Position numbers and translations under genes: made by a program. Source: Nitrospirota bacterium (GTDB lineage Bacteria > Nitrospirota > UBA9217). Taken from it: 64,000 nucleotides of DNA. The stretch lies in contig CAWBNQ010000001.1 of assembly GCA_963790205.1 (NCBI GenBank), forward strand, positions 800,001 to 864,000, in the 5' to 3' direction. A model generated the notes under the pieces. That model worked only from the letters and a program-made list of their open reading frames with translations. It was not told the DNA's origin and did no database searches. This document shows, piece after piece, positions 59,892 through 64,000 of this stretch; positions within the stretch are counted from its first letter, which is position 1, and every line of letters begins with the position of its first letter.

Positions 59892-60639
59892 TTATCTTGC
59901 GCACCGATTGTCGTTCATTTTTATGAAAGTTATCGCTTCCTTCAGATCAAGGGAACCGCTGTAAATGGCCTTGCCCGTGATCACGCCGGAAACGCCGGAG
60001 TATCTCACGGCAAGCAGGTTTTCAATGTCCTTCATCGTGTGTACCCCGCCCGATGCGATGACCGGGATGCGGATCGCTTCGGCGAGCGCTTTTGTCGCCT
60101 CGATGTTCGGGCCCGAAAGCATGCCGTCGCGCTTGATGTCCGTGTAGATGATGGCGATAACACCGTGGTCCTGCATCTGCTTCGCCAGGTCAACGGCCTT
60201 CACCTTCGTCACTTCGGCCCAGCCTTTGATCGCCACCATGCCCTCTTTCGCATCGATGCCGACAATGATCCTACCGGGGAACTTTTCGCAGGCCTCCCTG
60301 CACGAAGGCGGGGTTCTCGATGGCCGCGGTGCCGAGGATGATCCGGTCGATGCCGATCTTGACCAGTGTTTCGATCGTGGCCGTGTCCCGGATGCCGCCG
60401 CCCACCTCGATGGGGATCTTGATGGCGCCGCGGATCGCCTTGATGGCGTCGAGATTCTTCGGCGCGCCGGCAAAAGCGCCGTTCAAATCGACGACGTGCA
60501 AAAGCTCGGCGCCTTGCGCCTCCCAATGTTTCGCCGTGATCGCGGGGTCATCGGAGTAGACCGTGGCCTTGTTCATGAGCCCCTGTTCGAGGCGCACGCA
60601 CTTGCCTTCTTTTAGATCGATTGCAGGAATGATTAACAT
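59892..60639 (-). CDS. hisA: ProFAR isomerase HisA; frameshift near 60296
   Basis: IPAIDLK.G.CVRL, HVVDL, GGGIR; removing one G joins to EACEKFPG...TDIKRDG...ASGG. Confidence 0.92.
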
Positions 60640-60650
60640 AAAGGATTGTC

Positions 60651-60724
60651 TCTCGCAAAGCTCGCAAAGAACGCAAAGGGAATCATATCTTTAAAACCTG
60701 ACGCCCTTTGCGTCTTGGCGAGAA
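60651..60724. repeat. REP-like inverted repeat
   Basis: TCTCGCAAAG CTCGCAAAG AACGCAAAGGG ... CCCTTTGCGTCTTGGCGAGA. Confidence 0.7.
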
Positions 60725-60731
60725 AATGGTT

Positions 60732-61350
60732 TTATGATTTTTGCTCTCCGAATTTCTTTAGGATCGATAAACCCAAAGACTGGCTTTTCTCGGGATGAAA
60801 CTGGACCGCAAAAATATTGTCCTTCCAGACGCTCGAAACGAATTCGATCCCGTACGGCGTTGTTGTCGCGATCACTCCCTTGTCTTCAGGAACCACGTGA
60901 AAGGAGTGTACGAAGTACACATGACTGTTGTCCGGAACGTCCCTGAGCGCCGGGGCCCGGCGCTTGATCGATATCGAGTTCCAGCCCATGTGGGGAATCT
61001 TGAGACCTGAAAATTCAGGCCCTTTAAACCGGACCACGCGGCCTTTGATTATGTCCAGGCCCTTTGATATGCCGAACTCCTCGCTTTCCGTAAAGAGCAG
61101 CTGCAGTCCCGAGGCAGATGCCGAGAAAGGGCTTGCCGGAACGGATGCTCTGCTGAACCGCGTCGATGAGGCCGTACTCGCGGAGGTTGCGCATGCAGTC
61201 CGGAAAGGCCCCTACGCCGGGCAGGACGACCTTGCTTGCGCTCAGGATCGTTTTGGCGTCGCTCGTGACCACGGCCTCGTGGCCCACGCGCTCAAAGCCC
61301 TTCTGAACGCTCCTGAGATTTCCCATTCCGTAATCGATGATCGCAATCAT
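60732..61350 (-). CDS. hisH: Imidazole glycerol phosphate synthase glutaminase subunit; frameshift near 61109
   Basis: IDYGMGN, PGVGAF, GICLG(LQ once one G is removed), PHMGWN, YFVHS, QFHPEKS. Confidence 0.92.
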
Positions 61351-61360
61351 AAAAACCCCA

Positions 61361-61439
61361 ACCACAGAGGTCACAGAGAGAGAAACACGAAAGTTGTTTT
61401 TCTTCAAGACCTTGCTTTTTCTCTGCGTGCTCTGTGGTG
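61361..61439. repeat. REP-like inverted repeat
   Basis: ACCACAGAGGTCACAGAG ... CTCTGCGTGCTCTGTGGT. Confidence 0.7.
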
Positions 61440-61444
61440 AATGA

Positions 61445-62035
61445 CTAGATTTTGCCCTTGGTCGAGAGCACACCCTTGATCCTCGGATCGAGGCTTGTGG
61501 CCTGGTCCAGGGCGCGGCCGAAGGCCTTGAATATGGCTTCGAGCATGTGGTGGACGTCGCGGCCGTAATGGAGGCGGATGTGCAGGTTCATGCCGGCATG
61601 GTTCACAACGGACTGGAAGAAGTCCTCTGCCAGTCCGGGGTCGAAGTCCTTGAGCTTGTACTTCTTCGGCAAATCCACCTGGTATGCCAGGTAGGGCCTG
61701 CCGGACAGGTCCATCACCACCTGGGCCAGGGTCTCGTCCATGGGCACGGTCACATCTCCGTACCGGCGGATGCCTTTGCTGTCGCCGAGGGCTTTTTTGA
61801 GAGCCTGGCCGAAGGCGATGCCGAGGTCCTCGACCGTATGGTGGTCGTCGATCTCCGTGTCTCCCTTGGCCTTGAGCGTGAGGTCGAAAAAGCCGTGCCT
61901 GGCGATGTGAGAGAACATGTGGTCCATGAACGGCACGGACGTCCTGATGTTATATATGCCCGTCCCGTCGAGGTCCAGGGAAATTTTAATGTCCGTTTCC
62001 TTGGTCTTGCGTTCGATCGTCGCTTTGCGAGCCAT
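61445..62035 (-). CDS. hisB: Imidazoleglycerol-phosphate dehydratase
   Basis: [36 protein letters not shown]. Confidence 0.97.
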   Translation of the reverse strand: MARKATIERKTKETDIKISLDLDGTGIYNIRTSVPFMDHMFSHIARHGFFDLTLKAKGDTEIDDHHTVEDLGIAFGQALKKALGDSKGIRRYGDVTVPMDETLAQVVMDLSGRPYLAYQVDLPKKYKLKDFDPGLAEDFFQSVVNHAGMNLHIRLHYGRDVHHMLEAIFKAFGRALDQATSLDPRIKGVLSTKGKI

Positions 62036-62131
62036 CCGGCCCCCTTCTTCTGGTACCTTAATGAAGTATGGAGTTAAATGTCGCGAAGGTCACCGAAAAC
62101 CTTCCCGCTCCTCAGCTCCCGAGCTGCTCTG

Positions 62132-63211
62132 CTACCGCTTCAAAATCTTATGGAGATGCTTGATGAACTCATTATTTTCTTCCGGCGTGCCCACGGTCAC
62201 GCGCAGACAGTTCTTGAGCGGCCCGGGCCTGTTCAGGTCCTTGATGAGGATGCCCGCCTCTTTGAGCTTTTCATGGATGCGCGTAGCATCGGTCGAGGTC
62301 CTGAAGAGGATAAAATTGGTTTCCGATGGATAGGCCGTGATGCCTTTTATGCCAATCAATTCATTATATAGTCTTTGCCGCGACGAAATCAACAGGGAAA
62401 TCTGCTGGTTCAGGACGTCCCTGCGTCCGAGCGCCGCCACCGCAGCCGCCTGGGAAAGGGTATTGATGTTATACGGCAGTCTGATCTTGTTGAGCTGGTC
62501 GATCACTTTCGCCGACGCCGTCAGCACGCCGATCCGAAGTCCCGCAAAGCCGATCTTCGAAAGCGTGCGCAGGATGATCATGTTCGGATACTCTCTCAGC
62601 ACGGGAAGATAGGACTTGCCGGAAAAGCTGAAATAGGCTTCGTCAATGACCACGGCGGCGCTGGTCTTGTTCAATATTTTTTGCACGGCCTCATCCGCGA
62701 AACGGTTCCCGGTCGGGTTGTTGGGATTGGCGAGAAAAATGACCTTGGCCTTGGCCTCCTTCGCTTTTTTGAGCATCTTGTCCGCGTTGAGGCTGAAGTC
62801 TTTGCCGAGCGGGACAACGGCCACCTCCTGCGAGAGCGCCCGGGAGGAGATGTCGTACATGGCAAAGGTGGGCGCCGGGATGAGGACCGGGCCGCCGAAA
62901 GCGAGAATGATCATTTGAATAAGTTCATCCGAGCCGTTCCCGAGGATCATCCGCTTCGTGCCGATGCCCCACAGCTCGGCAATGGCCTCTTTCAGCTTTG
63001 CGGCGGAAGGGTCGGGATAGCGGTTGACGGCTGCACCCTTGACCGCATCCAGGATGTTCTGCCTCACGTCCTCGGGCAAGGAAAAGGGGTTTTCCATGGC
63101 ATCGAGCTTGATGCGAAAAGGCGTTTCTTCCACAAAATAGGCCCTGAGCTTCCGCACCTCAGGCTTGACGAGCTTACTGATGTCCTTTGACTTTGGCGGC
63201 TTTCTCTGCAT
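62132..63211 (-). CDS. hisC: Histidinol-phosphate aminotransferase
   Basis: LDAMENP, RYPDP, GNGSDE, NPNNPTG, DEAY, RTLSK, RVTVG. Confidence 0.95.
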   Translation of the reverse strand: MQRKPPKSKDISKLVKPEVRKLRAYFVEETPFRIKLDAMENPFSLPEDVRQNILDAVKGAAVNRYPDPSAAKLKEAIAELWGIGTKRMILGNGSDELIQMIILAFGGPVLIPAPTFAMYDISSRALSQEVAVVPLGKDFSLNADKMLKKAKEAKAKVIFLANPNNPTGNRFADEAVQKILNKTSAAVVIDEAYFSFSGKSYLPVLREYPNMIILRTLSKIGFAGLRIGVLTASAKVIDQLNKIRLPYNINTLSQAAAVAALGRRDVLNQQISLLISSRQRLYNELIGIKGITAYPSETNFILFRTSTDATRIHEKLKEAGILIKDLNRPGPLKNCLRVTVGTPEENNEFIKHLHKILKR

Positions 63212-63316
63212 AATACGACGAATATACAAGAATCCGAAAAGATGTACAAGCAAAAATTACGCTGATTTCCGGGGACGAGTCCGTTTGCCGAGGCCGGAAA
63301 AGAGGTATCATGAAGT

Positions 63317-64000
63317 ATGAAGAAGATCGCGGCGATCATTTGTTGCCTGATGCTGGCGTATCATTTCGCGGGGGCGTCGGAATTCCGCTTTTCGTCCCGG
63401 CCTAACAAAGCCGGCCTGGTCCAATGGCGGGCCTGGGGCCCGGAAACCCTTGAAGAGGCGCGCAAAAAGGACCGGCTCATTCTGCTTTCCCTGAGCGCGG
63501 TCTGGTGCCACTGGTGCCATGTGATGGACGAGACGACCTACTCGAACGAAGAGATCATCGCGTTCATCAATGAACACTTTATTCCGGTGAGGGTCGATGC
63601 CGACATGAGGCCCGACATCGACAGCCTCTATAACCAGGGAGGCTGGCCCAGCACGGCGATCCTGACGCCCCAGGGGGAGGTGATCAGCGGCGGCACCTAT
63701 ATCCCGCCCGGGGAAATGCTCGCACGGCTCAAAAGGGCCTCGGCGCTGTACAAAAGTGACCGCAAAACGATCGCCTCACGGATCGAAGACATGAAGACCA
63801 AGAAGGAGCAGGGCGACTTTGGGAACAAGACGATTTCCGGCCGGCCCGGGAAAGGCGATCTGGAGAACATCGTCCGGCTCGTCAAAGGCTCTTTTGATGA
63901 AAAAAACGGCGGGTTCGGAATCGGCCAGAAATTTCCGGCGCCAGAGACCGTGGATTTTCTCCTTTCAATGTATGTAAAGAACAGGGACCCGGAGATCGAA
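63317..64000 (+). CDS. DUF255/YyaL thioredoxin-domain protein (runs off window)
   Basis: Translated by hand: signal peptide, W..WG.E....A, WCHWCHVM, VD.D.RPDID..Y..GGWP. Confidence 0.85.
   Translation, partial: MKKIAAIICCLMLAYHFAGASEFRFSSRPNKAGLVQWRAWGPETLEEARKKDRLILLSLSAVWCHWCHVMDETTYSNEEIIAFINEHFIPVRVDADMRPDIDSLYNQGGWPSTAILTPQGEVISGGTYIPPGEMLARLKRASALYKSDRKTIASRIEDMKTKKEQGDFGNKTISGRPGKGDLENIVRLVKGSFDEKNGGFGIGQKFPAPETVDFLLSMYVKNRDPEIE

Overview
Bacterial chromosomal window, GC-rich except for two visibly AT-richer inserts. The gene content suggests Nitrospirota or a Desulfobacterota-like lineage, which is inference only. Contents in order: (1) polyamine operon speD-speE-Arg/Lys/Orn decarboxylase behind a structured leader; (2) a complete IS110/IS1111-type element whose ends, TCT core, circle-junction promoter and bridge/seek-RNA target guides can be read from the sequence; (3) CNT transporter and UbiB kinase; (4) a Cu/Zn cluster (copC, copD fusion, znuABC-like genes, porins) with three small leader ORFs ending RAPP/HAPP/QPP; (5) Re-citrate-synthase-like enzyme, rpe, PASTA protein, rsmB, DUF116, fmt, def; (6) large TPR protein, glnB, glnA; (7) a K+ island with a PTS-EIIA::P-type ATPase fusion, two micro-peptides, kdpABC, kdpDE and a KimA-like permease; (8) a heme-c/Cys-rich sensor kinase with a sigma54 regulator, then adk and a CheY-like protein; (9) a defence island with an R-M fusion, S subunit, HipA-like kinase and HIRAN protein; (10) hisCBHAF. 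Five genes carry single-base insertions in homopolymer runs, most likely sequencing errors. All product calls come from recognising motifs by eye; no database searches were run.
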